Below are positions 1 to 8,257 of a stretch of DNA of 50,321 bases, in pieces; the first letter of the stretch is position 1; each line of letters begins with the position of its first letter. Origin of the DNA: Lentimicrobiaceae bacterium (GTDB lineage Bacteria; Bacteroidota; Bacteroidia; Bacteroidales; WCHB1-69); contig WQWP01000002.1 of the NCBI GenBank assembly GCA_009787485.1, positions 1 through 50,321 of the forward strand, in the 5' to 3' direction. The notes beneath the pieces are model-generated. The model made no database searches. It was not told where the DNA came from and worked only from the letters and a program-made list of their open reading frames with translations. Position numbers and translations under genes: made by a program.

Positions 1-198
1 CAATTCTATTTCCGTACCACTGACGTTACAGGAGAAGTTTTCCTTCCCGCAGGTGTAGAAATGGTAATGCCCGGTGACAACTTAACTATTACCGTTAAAT
101 TGTTATCAGAAATCGCTATCAACCTGAATCTTCGTTTTGCTATCCGCGAAGGTGGACGTACCGTTGGTGCAGGACAGGTAACGAAAATATTGGATTAA
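1..198 (+). CDS. tuf: Elongation factor Tu, C-terminal 65 codons (5' end cut by the window edge)
   Basis: Frame 1 reads [34 protein letters not shown]...[20 protein letters not shown], then TAA at 196-198. This is the conserved EF-Tu domain III C-terminus. Confidence 0.95.
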   Translation, partial: QFYFRTTDVTGEVFLPAGVEMVMPGDNLTITVKLLSEIAINLNLRFAIREGGRTVGAGQVTKILD

Positions 199-211
199 TA
201 CCAAACACACC

Positions 212-239
212 GTAGAGACTGGGCACGCCCCGTCTCTAC
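212..239. repeat. GTAGAGAC/GTCTCTAC hairpin element, copy 1
   Basis: gtagagac-tgggcacgcccc-gtctctac. It has an 8-bp perfect stem plus 3 inner G:C pairs. It lies between the tuf stop and tRNA-Trp. Confidence 0.7.
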
Positions 240-243
240 AATT

Positions 244-314
244 AGGGGAATAGTTTAAGGGTAGAATAGCGGTCTCCAAAACCGTTGATGGGAGTTCGAA
301 TCTCTCTTCCCCTG
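244..314 (+). tRNA. tRNA-Trp (anticodon CCA)
   Basis: It folds by hand as a 71-nt cloverleaf: acceptor AGGGGAA/TTCCCCT, anticodon stem GCGGT/ACCGT with loop CTCCAAA, T-arm GGGAG-TTCGAAT-CTCTC, discriminator G. It aligns position by position with E. coli tRNA-Trp. The 3' CCA is not encoded. Confidence 0.9.
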
Positions 315-321
315 CAAATGG

Positions 322-350
322 AAAAAAGGCGCAATTTTTTGCGCCTTTTT
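322..350 (+). terminator. Rho-independent terminator after tRNA-Trp
   Basis: aaaaaaGGCGCAAttttTTGCGCCttttt: a GC-containing stem followed by a T run, flanked by an A run, so it could work in both directions. Confidence 0.6.
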
Positions 351-396
351 CATGACATTCCGAAAAACATCATATTTTCGCGAGCATTAAATCCCC

Positions 397-424
397 GTAG
401 AGACGTTACACACAACGTCTCTAC
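397..424. repeat. GTAGAGAC/GTCTCTAC hairpin element, copy 2
   Basis: gtagagacg-ttacacacaa-cgtctctac: a 9-bp perfect stem, 29 nt upstream of the dnaX ATG. Confidence 0.7.
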
Positions 425-452
425 AATATTGTATTTAAAACCATTACAAATT

Positions 453-1586
453 ATGGATCATTTTATCGTTTCCGCCCGCAAATACCGCCCATCCACGTTT
501 AACACGGTGGTGGGGCAAGATGCCATTGTTTCTACACTCAAAAATGCGATTAAAACACAGCAGGTGGCGCAAGCGTTCCTGTTTTGTGGCCCTCGGGGCG
601 TGGGCAAAACCACTTGCGCACGCATCTTTGCCAAAGCGCTCAACTGCCATCATCTCACACCCGATTTTGAGCCTTGCAACCAGTGCGAATCCTGCAAATC
701 GTTCAACGCTTCAGCATCTTTTAATGTGTATGAATTAGATGCAGCTTCCAACAACTCGGTGGAAGATATTCGCTCGTTGGTAGAGCAAGTGCGCATCAGT
801 CCGCAGGGCGCCAAATTTAAAGTGTATATCATTGATGAGGTGCACATGCTTTCTAATCAAGCGTTTAATGCTTTTTTGAAAACATTGGAAGAACCGCCGC
901 CATACGCCAAATTTATTTTGGCAACCACCGAAAAACATAAAATTATCCCTACCATTTTATCACGTTGTCAAGTGTATGATTTTAAGCGTATTGGCGACAA
1001 TGACATCATGAAACATTTGGCTTTCGTAGCAAAAAATGAAACCGTACAAGCCGAAGAAGAAGCCTTGCGTGTAGTTGCCTCAAAAGCCGACGGCGCGCTA
1101 CGAGACGCGCTCTCCATTTTTGACCAATTAGTTAGCTTCTCCGGAAAAGATATTACCTACCAAACTACCATTCAGCATTTGAATGTGTTAGATGTAGATA
1201 ATTATTTTAGAATGACCGACTTCTTGTTTAGCGAAGACAACGCCGCCGCTTTATTGCTTTTTGATGAAATTCTAAACCGCGGTTTCGATGGACAACACTT
1301 CATTTCCGGCTTAGCAGCGCATTTCCGCCAACTGTTAATGGCGCAAAACCCTTCTACTATTAAATTAATGGAGGTCTCCGATGCAGTAAAACAGCGTTTT
1401 TTCGAGCAAGCCGAAAAATCCGATAAACAGTTATTACTTCGTGGCTTAGAATTAACCAACCAATGCGATTTCAACTACAAACTATCTCAAAACAAACGCC
1501 TCAGCGTAGAAATTTGTTTAATGCAAATCAACGGAAACTACGTTTATAAATTAACCGCCCCCGTCAGGCAATCACGGGAGAAATAA
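453..1586 (+). CDS. dnaX: DNA polymerase III subunit gamma/tau, N-terminal ATPase part (domains I-III, gamma-like, 377 aa)
   Basis: MDHFIVSARKYRPSTFNTVVGQ..., Walker A GPRGVGKTT, zinc module CxxCxxC (CNQCESC), DEVHML, SRC motif (LSRCQ). I start it at ATG 453 because the ORF-track start at 285 runs through tRNA-Trp. Stop is TAA 1584-1586. Confidence 0.9.
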   Translation: MDHFIVSARKYRPSTFNTVVGQDAIVSTLKNAIKTQQVAQAFLFCGPRGVGKTTCARIFAKALNCHHLTPDFEPCNQCESCKSFNASASFNVYELDAASNNSVEDIRSLVEQVRISPQGAKFKVYIIDEVHMLSNQAFNAFLKTLEEPPPYAKFILATTEKHKIIPTILSRCQVYDFKRIGDNDIMKHLAFVAKNETVQAEEEALRVVASKADGALRDALSIFDQLVSFSGKDITYQTTIQHLNVLDVDNYFRMTDFLFSEDNAAALLLFDEILNRGFDGQHFISGLAAHFRQLLMAQNPSTIKLMEVSDAVKQRFFEQAEKSDKQLLLRGLELTNQCDFNYKLSQNKRLSVEICLMQINGNYVYKLTAPVRQSREK

Positions 1587-1620
1587 CACAGACCAACCGC
1601 CTTCCGGTGTAGGGGGCTTA

Positions 1621-2358
1621 GTGCCTTCCACTACCCCGCAGCAATCCACGCGCGGTTTCGTAGCCCCATCTTCCGCCCCCATTAAAAAAACGCCGGATAT
1701 TGGAGACATCATCGGAGAAAGGGAGAAAGGAGAAAAGGAACAGGGAGAAGGCACAAAGGCGCGAATGGGCGAAAGCACGAAAGAAGAAGACAGAATGGAA
1801 GTGGACGAAAAATCCCCTTCAAATTTTGAAGGGGTGTCCGGCGAAGCCGGACGGGGTAGTTTATATGAAAATAAACCGACTGAGGCAAAGCCTCAGCCGA
1901 ACGAGGGGATTGCGGGTCAAGCCCGCAATGACGGGGAAAAATTCCTTCTCCTCTCTGAGGAGAAGGTGGCAGACGGCGGCTCGCCGCCGGATGACGGAAG
2001 AGGTGATAATGACTTCCCCACCCACTGGCACACCATGTTCAACCACATCTTCCACTCTGTTCCAACCATCTACATCCCTCTAAAAGAAACATTACCCAAA
2101 ATAGAAAACAACATCATCAAAGTAACCGTCAAAAACGAAGTTCAAAAAGAGCATTTTGAGGCGAAAATCAGGGATGTGTTAGAGTTTTTGCGCACGCATT
2201 TTAATGAGCAAATAGAAGAAATCATTGTAGAAGCGAATGAACAATTAGAAACCAAGAAGATTATTTACGATGTAAAAGATAAGCTGCAAAATTTTAAAGA
2301 GCAAAACGCTGAATTTGAAGATTTTTTGCAAATATTAGACCTGAAAATAAAAGATTAA
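1621..2358 (+). CDS. dnaX: DnaX tau-type C-terminal region in the +1 frame relative to 453-1586. This frame is already open from 1555.
   Basis: The C-terminal about 110 aa (FPTHWHTMFNHIF...IKVTVKNEVQKEHFEAKIRDVLEFLRTHFNEQIEEIIV...) look like the C-terminal domain of full-length Bacteroidota DnaX. The N-terminal about 130 aa are low-complexity and largely encoded by palindromic repeats. There is no ATG; the track start is GTG. Confidence 0.6.
   Translation: MPSTTPQQSTRGFVAPSSAPIKKTPDIGDIIGEREKGEKEQGEGTKARMGESTKEEDRMEVDEKSPSNFEGVSGEAGRGSLYENKPTEAKPQPNEGIAGQARNDGEKFLLLSEEKVADGGSPPDDGRGDNDFPTHWHTMFNHIFHSVPTIYIPLKETLPKIENNIIKVTVKNEVQKEHFEAKIRDVLEFLRTHFNEQIEEIIVEANEQLETKKIIYDVKDKLQNFKEQNAEFEDFLQILDLKIKD
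1811..1989. repeat. Cluster of five different small palindromes inside the dnaX linker ORF
   Basis: Hairpins read directly from the sequence: ccccttcaa/ttgaagggg (1814-1834), gtccggc-gaa-gccggac (1836-1852), ctgaggc-aaa-gcctcag (1880-1896), attgcggg-tcaa-gcccgcaat (1909-1929), ccttctcctc-tct-gaggagaagg (1944-1966), cggcgg-ctcg-ccgccg (1974-1989). Confidence 0.8.
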
Positions 2359-4605
2359 ATGGAAATTTATATCCCCAATCTGACCTTAGAGAGGAAGATC
2401 ATTTTAAAGAAATATAAAGAGTTGTTGCATTTGCTTCCGCCGAAAGCGAGCAAGAAACAACGCAACCTTTTTCACAAAGCATTCGCCTTGGCAGTAGATG
2501 CGCACAAGGATATGCGGCGAAAAAGCGGGGAACCCTACATTTATCATCCCATCGCCGTGGCGCAAGTGGTTGGAAAAGAAATCAATTTGGGCGTTACTTC
2601 GATGATTGCCGCACTCCTGCACGATGTGGTGGAAGATACAGATTACACGTTAAAAGACGTGAAAGATATGTTTGGCGAAACAGTCGCAAAAATTGTAGAT
2701 GGTCTTACTAAAATTGAAGACATTGTAATAGACGGCGACCAATCGGTGCAAGCCGAAAACTTTAAAAAGATTTTGCTCTCCACTGTGGAAGATGTGCGCG
2801 TTATTTTAATTAAGTTGGCGGACAGGTTGCACAATATGAGAACGTTGGGCTCTTTACCGCAAGAAAAACAATGGAAAATATCTTCCGAAACCTCCTTCTT
2901 CTTCGTGCCCATTGCGCATCGGTTGGGGCTATATTCTATTAAAAGCGAACTGGAAGATTTGGCAATGAAATACAACGATCCGGTAGAGTACAACAAGATT
3001 TCTCATGCCCTTGAAACTACAGCGCAAGAAAGAAACACCCTTATTGAAGATTTTACCAAGCCTATCGTTGAGAAACTGAAAGAAACAGGCATTGAAGCCA
3101 AAGTGTCTAGCAGATCAAAATCTATTTATTCCATTCATCAAAAAATGATTCGGAAAAAAATAAACTTTGAAGATATTTACGACATTTTTGCGGTGCGCTT
3201 TGTGTTTGATTCACCGCCCGAAGAAGAAAAAATTATTTGCTGGCGCATTCACACCATTATTACAGAACTTTATAAATCCAACCAGGCGCGGGAAAGGAAT
3301 TTTATTACAAATCCTAAATCCAACGGGTATCAGTCGTTGCACATTACTGCCATGAGCAAAACCGGCAAGTGGGTTGAAGTTCAAATCCGTTCTCAACGTA
3401 TGGATGAGATTGCGGAAAAGGGAGTTGCCGCGCACTTCAAATATAAGGAGGAAAGTAAAAGCCCGCAAGAATACGAAAACCGTGTGGAAGAATGGCTTGA
3501 AAAAATTCGGAGCATGCTCAAAAGCGAAGATACTACCGCTTTGGAATTTTTGAACGAGGTAAAGCTCAATCTTAATCTCAAAGAAGTGATCGTGTTTACG
3601 CCCGCCGGCGAAAGGAAGGTGTTGCCTGCCGGAGCTACCGTGCTTGATTTTGCATACGACCTGCACACCAATCTCGGCAATCATTGCATCGGCGCCAAGG
3701 TGAATTATAACATTGTTCCCATTGACTATGTGCTGCGCAACGGCGATCAACTTCAAATTATCACCTCAAAAAAACAGAGTCCTAAACCGGAATGGATCAA
3801 TTATGTAAAAACCGCCCATTCGCGCGAAAAAATTAAGGAAGCTTTTCGCGAAGAACACAAAAAGAAAGAAGAGAAAGGCAAAAAAATATTAGCCGAAATT
3901 TTCGATTCATTAAAAATTGAACATAATGCTTCTAATGTAGGCCGCGTGCAAGCCGACGCCAGAATTTTATCGCCTTACGAATTTTGGAATCATATTGCAG
4001 AAGGTACGATTACCAAAGATCGTATCCGTAAAATTTTTAGAAGAAAAACCTCCTCTAAAAGCGCTATGGATGATTTCAGAAAAAAAATTGCAGATCAGTC
4101 GCGAGATAAAGAGATTGACACATTGATAGATGAACAATTGGAGAAAAAACCGGAGGTGTTTTTATTGGATGAAACCTCCGATGTGATCCGTTACGTGCTC
4201 GCCGAGTGTTGCAATCCCATTCCGGGCGATCAGGTAATGGGTTTCCAAATTACCAACGACACGATAGAGGTACACCAAACACAGTGCCCGTATGCCATTG
4301 AACAAATGTCGAAATTTGGCAATCGTATTATCAAAGCAAAATGGCGCAAAGAATCGAATGTGGCATTCCTGTCCGGTATTCTCATTTCCGGCTTCGACAG
4401 AAAAGGAATCATCAAAGAGATTATTGATGTTATATCTTCCCAAATGGAATTGAATATCAAATCGCTTGACTTTTGGACAAAGAGCAATACCTTTACGGGA
4501 AAACTAATGATATACATCCAAAACGTTAAGGCGCTGAACGAGTTAATTGAAAATCTAATTAAAATAGATCAAGTAGAAAAAGTAGAGCGCATTGCGCCGG
4601 AATAG
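2359..4605 (+). CDS. rel: Bifunctional (p)ppGpp synthetase/hydrolase, RelA/SpoT family
   Basis: HD hydrolase motif (HPIAVA...LLHDVVEDT), synthetase region (RSKSIYSIHQKM...FAVRFV...GYQSLH), a TGS-like segment (VFTPAGERKVLPAGATVLDFAY) and an ACT-like C-terminus. The ATG directly follows the upstream stop (TAAATG). Confidence 0.9.
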   Translation: MEIYIPNLTLERKIILKKYKELLHLLPPKASKKQRNLFHKAFALAVDAHKDMRRKSGEPYIYHPIAVAQVVGKEINLGVTSMIAALLHDVVEDTDYTLKDVKDMFGETVAKIVDGLTKIEDIVIDGDQSVQAENFKKILLSTVEDVRVILIKLADRLHNMRTLGSLPQEKQWKISSETSFFFVPIAHRLGLYSIKSELEDLAMKYNDPVEYNKISHALETTAQERNTLIEDFTKPIVEKLKETGIEAKVSSRSKSIYSIHQKMIRKKINFEDIYDIFAVRFVFDSPPEEEKIICWRIHTIITELYKSNQARERNFITNPKSNGYQSLHITAMSKTGKWVEVQIRSQRMDEIAEKGVAAHFKYKEESKSPQEYENRVEEWLEKIRSMLKSEDTTALEFLNEVKLNLNLKEVIVFTPAGERKVLPAGATVLDFAYDLHTNLGNHCIGAKVNYNIVPIDYVLRNGDQLQIITSKKQSPKPEWINYVKTAHSREKIKEAFREEHKKKEEKGKKILAEIFDSLKIEHNASNVGRVQADARILSPYEFWNHIAEGTITKDRIRKIFRRKTSSKSAMDDFRKKIADQSRDKEIDTLIDEQLEKKPEVFLLDETSDVIRYVLAECCNPIPGDQVMGFQITNDTIEVHQTQCPYAIEQMSKFGNRIIKAKWRKESNVAFLSGILISGFDRKGIIKEIIDVISSQMELNIKSLDFWTKSNTFTGKLMIYIQNVKALNELIENLIKIDQVEKVERIAPE

Positions 4606-4613
4606 TTTTCCTT

Positions 4614-5825
4614 TCAATCTCTCACACACCTCACACTTATCGCATCCGTCAGGTTAATTTTAACCGTTTCAACCCGATTACAGTAATAGGTAAATTGTGC
4701 GGCAAGAGAACCAGTAGCCGTTGGCTCATCTGAAGACCAAAAGGCGGTGTAGCCGTACAGATTTTCGAAACGTTGCGTGTTGCTGTTGTAGAGACCTGCC
4801 CCGCGAACGTCTAAGCCTGCAATATTGGTGTTGCTGTTGGGATGTAGCCAAAAATCAGGATTTTTCAAATCGTTCGCTGCATACATGTTGAGCGTTGCCA
4901 ATTCGGCGGGGGTGGGCAAACGCCAGCCGGCAGGACAGATGAGATTGCCCTCAATGCCCATACCCGTTGCAGCATACCAATTGTACAGCAATCCAAAATT
5001 ACTTTCGTTTTGGGCAATATCAGCATAGCGGCTGCTGTAGTACGTTACAAACGGAATATCTTCGCCGCTTTGATACAGTTTGGCGTGCAAATTCTTTGCT
5101 GTCCAGCAAATTCCCTGCAAATCACGCACGTTGTAGAGGAGGTTGTTTACGGCATCGTACATCTCATTAATTATTGTAATGGTAATAGTAGCCGTAGTGG
5201 CGCACTCTCCCGGATCGGGGGTGAAGGTGTATTCGGTGGTTTCCGTATTGTCTATTTCCGGCAACCATGTGCCTTTAATGCCCTCATCGGAGATGCGCGG
5301 CAGCGGAATAACGGCGCCGGTACAGCGCGTAGTCTGCACTCCCGCAAACGTTGGAGGCTCTACATTCGGAACTATCGTAATGGTAATAGTAGCCGGCGTG
5401 GTACACTCGTCGGAAGTGGCTGTAAAGAGATACTCGGTGGTTTCCGTATTGTTTATTTCCGGCGACCATGTTCCCAAAATTCCATTGTTGGAAGTGGTGG
5501 GCAGCGCGGGAATGTCGGAATCTGCACAATACACGTCACGTATTCCCGTAAAGATGGGTATCAGCGATGTAAAGTTTGCCGTTAAAGCGCTGTCGGAGGT
5601 TGCGTTAAAAGTGAAGGTGGGAAGCGTAGAGAGTACAGTTGCCCCACTTGTCCAGCTTACAAACCTGTAACACTCTTCGGGAGTTGCGGTTACGGTTACG
5701 CTCTCATTTTCCTTGTAGGTACCGCCACCGTTTACCACACCGCCATTATACGGATTTGCCCATACCACGATGTCGTAAGTTATAATCAAATAGGTATTTA
5801 TAATCAACTCGAAAGGCGCATCCAA
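4614..5825 (-). CDS. FISUMP-domain (Fibrobacter succinogenes major paralogous domain) surface protein, probably N-terminally truncated
   Basis: The C-terminal half has FGLLYNWYAATG...CPAGWRLPTPAELATL...GYTAFWSSDE, typical of FISUMP. It is preceded by two tandem domains of about 53 aa each (GILGTWSPEINNTETTEYLFT / GIKGTWLPEIDNTETTEYTFT, nt 5169-5528). There is no ATG and no signal peptide. The frame opens just after a TAG, and the track start is TTG. Confidence 0.6.
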   Translation of the reverse strand: MDAPFELIINTYLIITYDIVVWANPYNGGVVNGGGTYKENESVTVTATPEECYRFVSWTSGATVLSTLPTFTFNATSDSALTANFTSLIPIFTGIRDVYCADSDIPALPTTSNNGILGTWSPEINNTETTEYLFTATSDECTTPATITITIVPNVEPPTFAGVQTTRCTGAVIPLPRISDEGIKGTWLPEIDNTETTEYTFTPDPGECATTATITITIINEMYDAVNNLLYNVRDLQGICWTAKNLHAKLYQSGEDIPFVTYYSSRYADIAQNESNFGLLYNWYAATGMGIEGNLICPAGWRLPTPAELATLNMYAANDLKNPDFWLHPNSNTNIAGLDVRGAGLYNSNTQRFENLYGYTAFWSSDEPTATGSLAAQFTYYCNRVETVKINLTDAISVRCVRD

Positions 5826-6169
5826 AGTGCCGATCTCGCCATCTTTAATATAAACAATACACGCGCAACCACAAAAAATAGTGGGGGGAGACTATAAGAA
5901 ATGGTGGGGGAGCCCACAAGAAACGGTTGACCCCACTGGCGGAGGTTGGAGAGGGGATGCTTGTTCGCTACAGCAATGATCAATCATGTAACGTTTTTTC
6001 TGCATTATTGGCATATTAATGTACATTCCTCCCCAAAATCGGCACCGTTTTTTCTTTTTTGCAGTTTTTAACTCATTGATTTTTAGAAAAATAATCTCAT
6101 AAAATTGATTTTTGTATGAAAATTATTTTATTTTCGCGGCGTGAAACGAAGAACATAAAATATTAATCT

Positions 6170-6685
6170 ATGAGAAATGAAACCTCCCCCCCAAAAGCCA
6201 CATTTGAAAGCGCATGGGCATTAATTCAGGAAAATGCTCAAGCCATTAAAGCCATGCAGAAAGAGCTTGGCGGAATCTCAAACTCCAATGGCGCCATAGC
6301 TGAATCGTACTTTGTGAACAGCTTTGCAAACGCTATGCAGTTTGCCGGACAGGAGTATGATGAGATTGATTATCATATTAGAAAAAAAAATAAAAAACTT
6401 AACCTTCAAGGTGAGTACGACCTGGTGTTATATAATTGCACCTCTGTTGTAATCATTGAAGTAAAGTATAAAGCAGACCTGGAAGATATTGGTGAGCTGC
6501 TGGAAAAAGCGCCCATTTTCAAACAATTGTTTCCACAATACGCAAATTTTGATCTGTATCTCGGTTTAGCTGCCCTCCACTTCAACAAAAAGGTGGAGAA
6601 AGAATCCATAAAGCAAGGCGTTGCGGTGATTAAACAGATAGGCGATGCTATGGTAATTAATGATGCGCATTTGAAAGTGTTTTAA
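6170..6685 (+). CDS. Hypothetical protein with a possible PD-(D/E)xK nuclease-fold core
   Basis: 171 aa. A helical N-terminus is followed by GEYDLVLYNCTSVVIIEVKYK, which fits a D...(D/E)xK beta-strand pattern. I recognise no named family. Confidence 0.4.
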   Translation: MRNETSPPKATFESAWALIQENAQAIKAMQKELGGISNSNGAIAESYFVNSFANAMQFAGQEYDEIDYHIRKKNKKLNLQGEYDLVLYNCTSVVIIEVKYKADLEDIGELLEKAPIFKQLFPQYANFDLYLGLAALHFNKKVEKESIKQGVAVIKQIGDAMVINDAHLKVF

Positions 6686-6825
6686 GGCAAAGAGTTAGGA
6701 TTATGGCTGAAAGCCATAACCACATTCCTTAGTAAAATAATTTTCTAATGATACTTAATATATAGCCATTATTTTTAAAATTTTATGTTTCTTTGCACCA
6801 TTCAATTAAAGAAACACGTATCACT

Positions 6826-7482
6826 ATGACCACAACAAATCTAATTATAGTTGATGATCACGAGTTGTTTCGTATTGGCATTCAATCGGTAATTAAAAGC
6901 AGGTATCCTGATATTAATATTGTTGGGGAAGCTCAATCGGGGGCGGAGTTTTTCGCCTTACTGAAAATTACTCCCGTTGATATTGTGCTGCTCGATATTG
7001 CCCTACCCGACACCAGCGGTGTGGATATTGCCCGCCAATTGAAAAGGGAATACCCCAACGTGAAAATCCTTGCCATTTCTGCCGACAATTCCGCCTCTAT
7101 CATAGACGAAATGCTCGCTATCGGCATTGACGGTTTTATCAGTAAACTCAACAGCGATCCCGACACGCTTGTAGAAGCAATACGCTCTGTTATGCAAGGA
7201 ATTGAATATTTTGGAAGCGACATTTCCAGTATTATTCGCCAGATTTATGTCGCCAAAAAGAAAACAACACAAATAACTTCCGAGTTTTCGGAACAGGAAA
7301 GGCGTATTATAGAATGTAGCCACGAAGGGCTTTCTGTGAAACTGATTGCCGACCGGCTCGGCATCTCTATCAATACCGTGAATTGGCATAAAAACAATAT
7401 TTTCCATAAACTCGGTATCAACAATTCTCTCGAAATGGTACGCTTTGCCATAAAAAACGGGATAATCAAAGCTAAAAATTAA
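6826..7482 (+). CDS. Response regulator, NarL/FixJ (REC + LuxR-type HTH)
   Basis: LIIVDDHELFR...VLLDIALPDTSG...KILAIS receiver motifs and a C-terminal HTH (LSVKLIADRLGISINTVNWHKNNIFHKLG). I start it at ATG 6826 rather than TTG 6793. No adjacent kinase gene. Confidence 0.85.
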   Translation: MTTTNLIIVDDHELFRIGIQSVIKSRYPDINIVGEAQSGAEFFALLKITPVDIVLLDIALPDTSGVDIARQLKREYPNVKILAISADNSASIIDEMLAIGIDGFISKLNSDPDTLVEAIRSVMQGIEYFGSDISSIIRQIYVAKKKTTQITSEFSEQERRIIECSHEGLSVKLIADRLGISINTVNWHKNNIFHKLGINNSLEMVRFAIKNGIIKAKN

Positions 7483-7500
7483 GAATTAAAATTATTCAAT

Positions 7501-8256
7501 ATGAAAAAAATCGTTTTTCTCGTCGTAGCTTTAAGCTGTTGTAGCTTTGTTTTTGCGCAAAAAGGTAAAAATTCAGGCGCTTCAAATCATGAAAACCGCC
7601 CGTTGTACTTCGGCGTGAGTGTAGGACCTACAGTGGATTGGTTTGCCCCCACGACCAAAGATTTTAAATTGGTTAGGGAAAGACCAAAAGCCGGATTTAT
7701 TGCCGGAATTAATGTGGACGTTAATTTAACCAAAGGGAAATGGCTTTATTTTTCTACAGGTTTATTAATGAGATATTTGCAAGGGGAGCTTGCGTTTGAG
7801 AATCAGTATATTTTTAGTAAATTTGTGATGATTACAGACACGTTAGTTTTATCTACTGTAAGAACTTTCCAGGCGAGTTATTTGGTTATTCCTACGGGAG
7901 TTAAGTTTAGAACACCGCCTTCAAGAGGATGCGTTTTTGTGGGGAAGGTAGGATTATATCATCAATTCAAATTGGGAGGGGATAAATTTGATAGCTTTTC
8001 GTTTCCCGATCTACCGGGCTATTTTATCACAACTCCAAAAGTGAAAAATGATGCTGCGGCGCTGTTTGCCGAAACCGGATACGCCGGAATAGGGTTTGAG
8101 TATATCTTCAAAAGCAACATTCGCGTGTTTATGAATGCGGATTATGCTTGTCAGTTTAATTACTTCAGTTCTAAGGCCGTAAGCAATGTGGTGGCCGATG
8201 CACGGTTTAGAGCGATTGTGCATTCGTTGCATGTTACTTTTGGGATTTTGTTTTGA
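7501..8256 (+). CDS. Outer-membrane beta-barrel protein (porin-family-like)
   Basis: Signal peptide MKKIVFLVVALSCCSFVFAQ, an alternating-hydrophobic strand pattern, and a C-terminal aromatic residue (...FGILF). Confidence 0.6.
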   Translation: MKKIVFLVVALSCCSFVFAQKGKNSGASNHENRPLYFGVSVGPTVDWFAPTTKDFKLVRERPKAGFIAGINVDVNLTKGKWLYFSTGLLMRYLQGELAFENQYIFSKFVMITDTLVLSTVRTFQASYLVIPTGVKFRTPPSRGCVFVGKVGLYHQFKLGGDKFDSFSFPDLPGYFITTPKVKNDAAALFAETGYAGIGFEYIFKSNIRVFMNADYACQFNYFSSKAVSNVVADARFRAIVHSLHVTFGILF

Positions 8257-8257
8257 G

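Noticed and set aside
285-452. N-terminal 56-codon extension of the dnaX ORF in the six-frame track
   Set aside because: It runs through tRNA-Trp (244-314), its terminator and a hairpin repeat. The conserved DnaX N-terminus (MDHFIVSARKYRP) starts at ATG 453.
1700-2083. 127-aa alternative-frame ORF in the dnaX linker
   Set aside because: It is a lysine/arginine-rich translation of the same palindromic repeats. The other frame continues into the conserved DnaX C-terminal domain.
3211-3756. 181-aa antisense ORF inside rel/spoT
   Set aside because: The sense strand encodes a conserved RelA/SpoT synthetase region. The antisense product is low-complexity with no motif.
5010-5670. Two plus-strand ORFs (191 and 175 aa) opposite the FISUMP-domain gene
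   Set aside because: They mirror the tandem-repeat region of the minus-strand gene, which has recognisable domains. Their apparent internal repeats are just the complement of those repeats.
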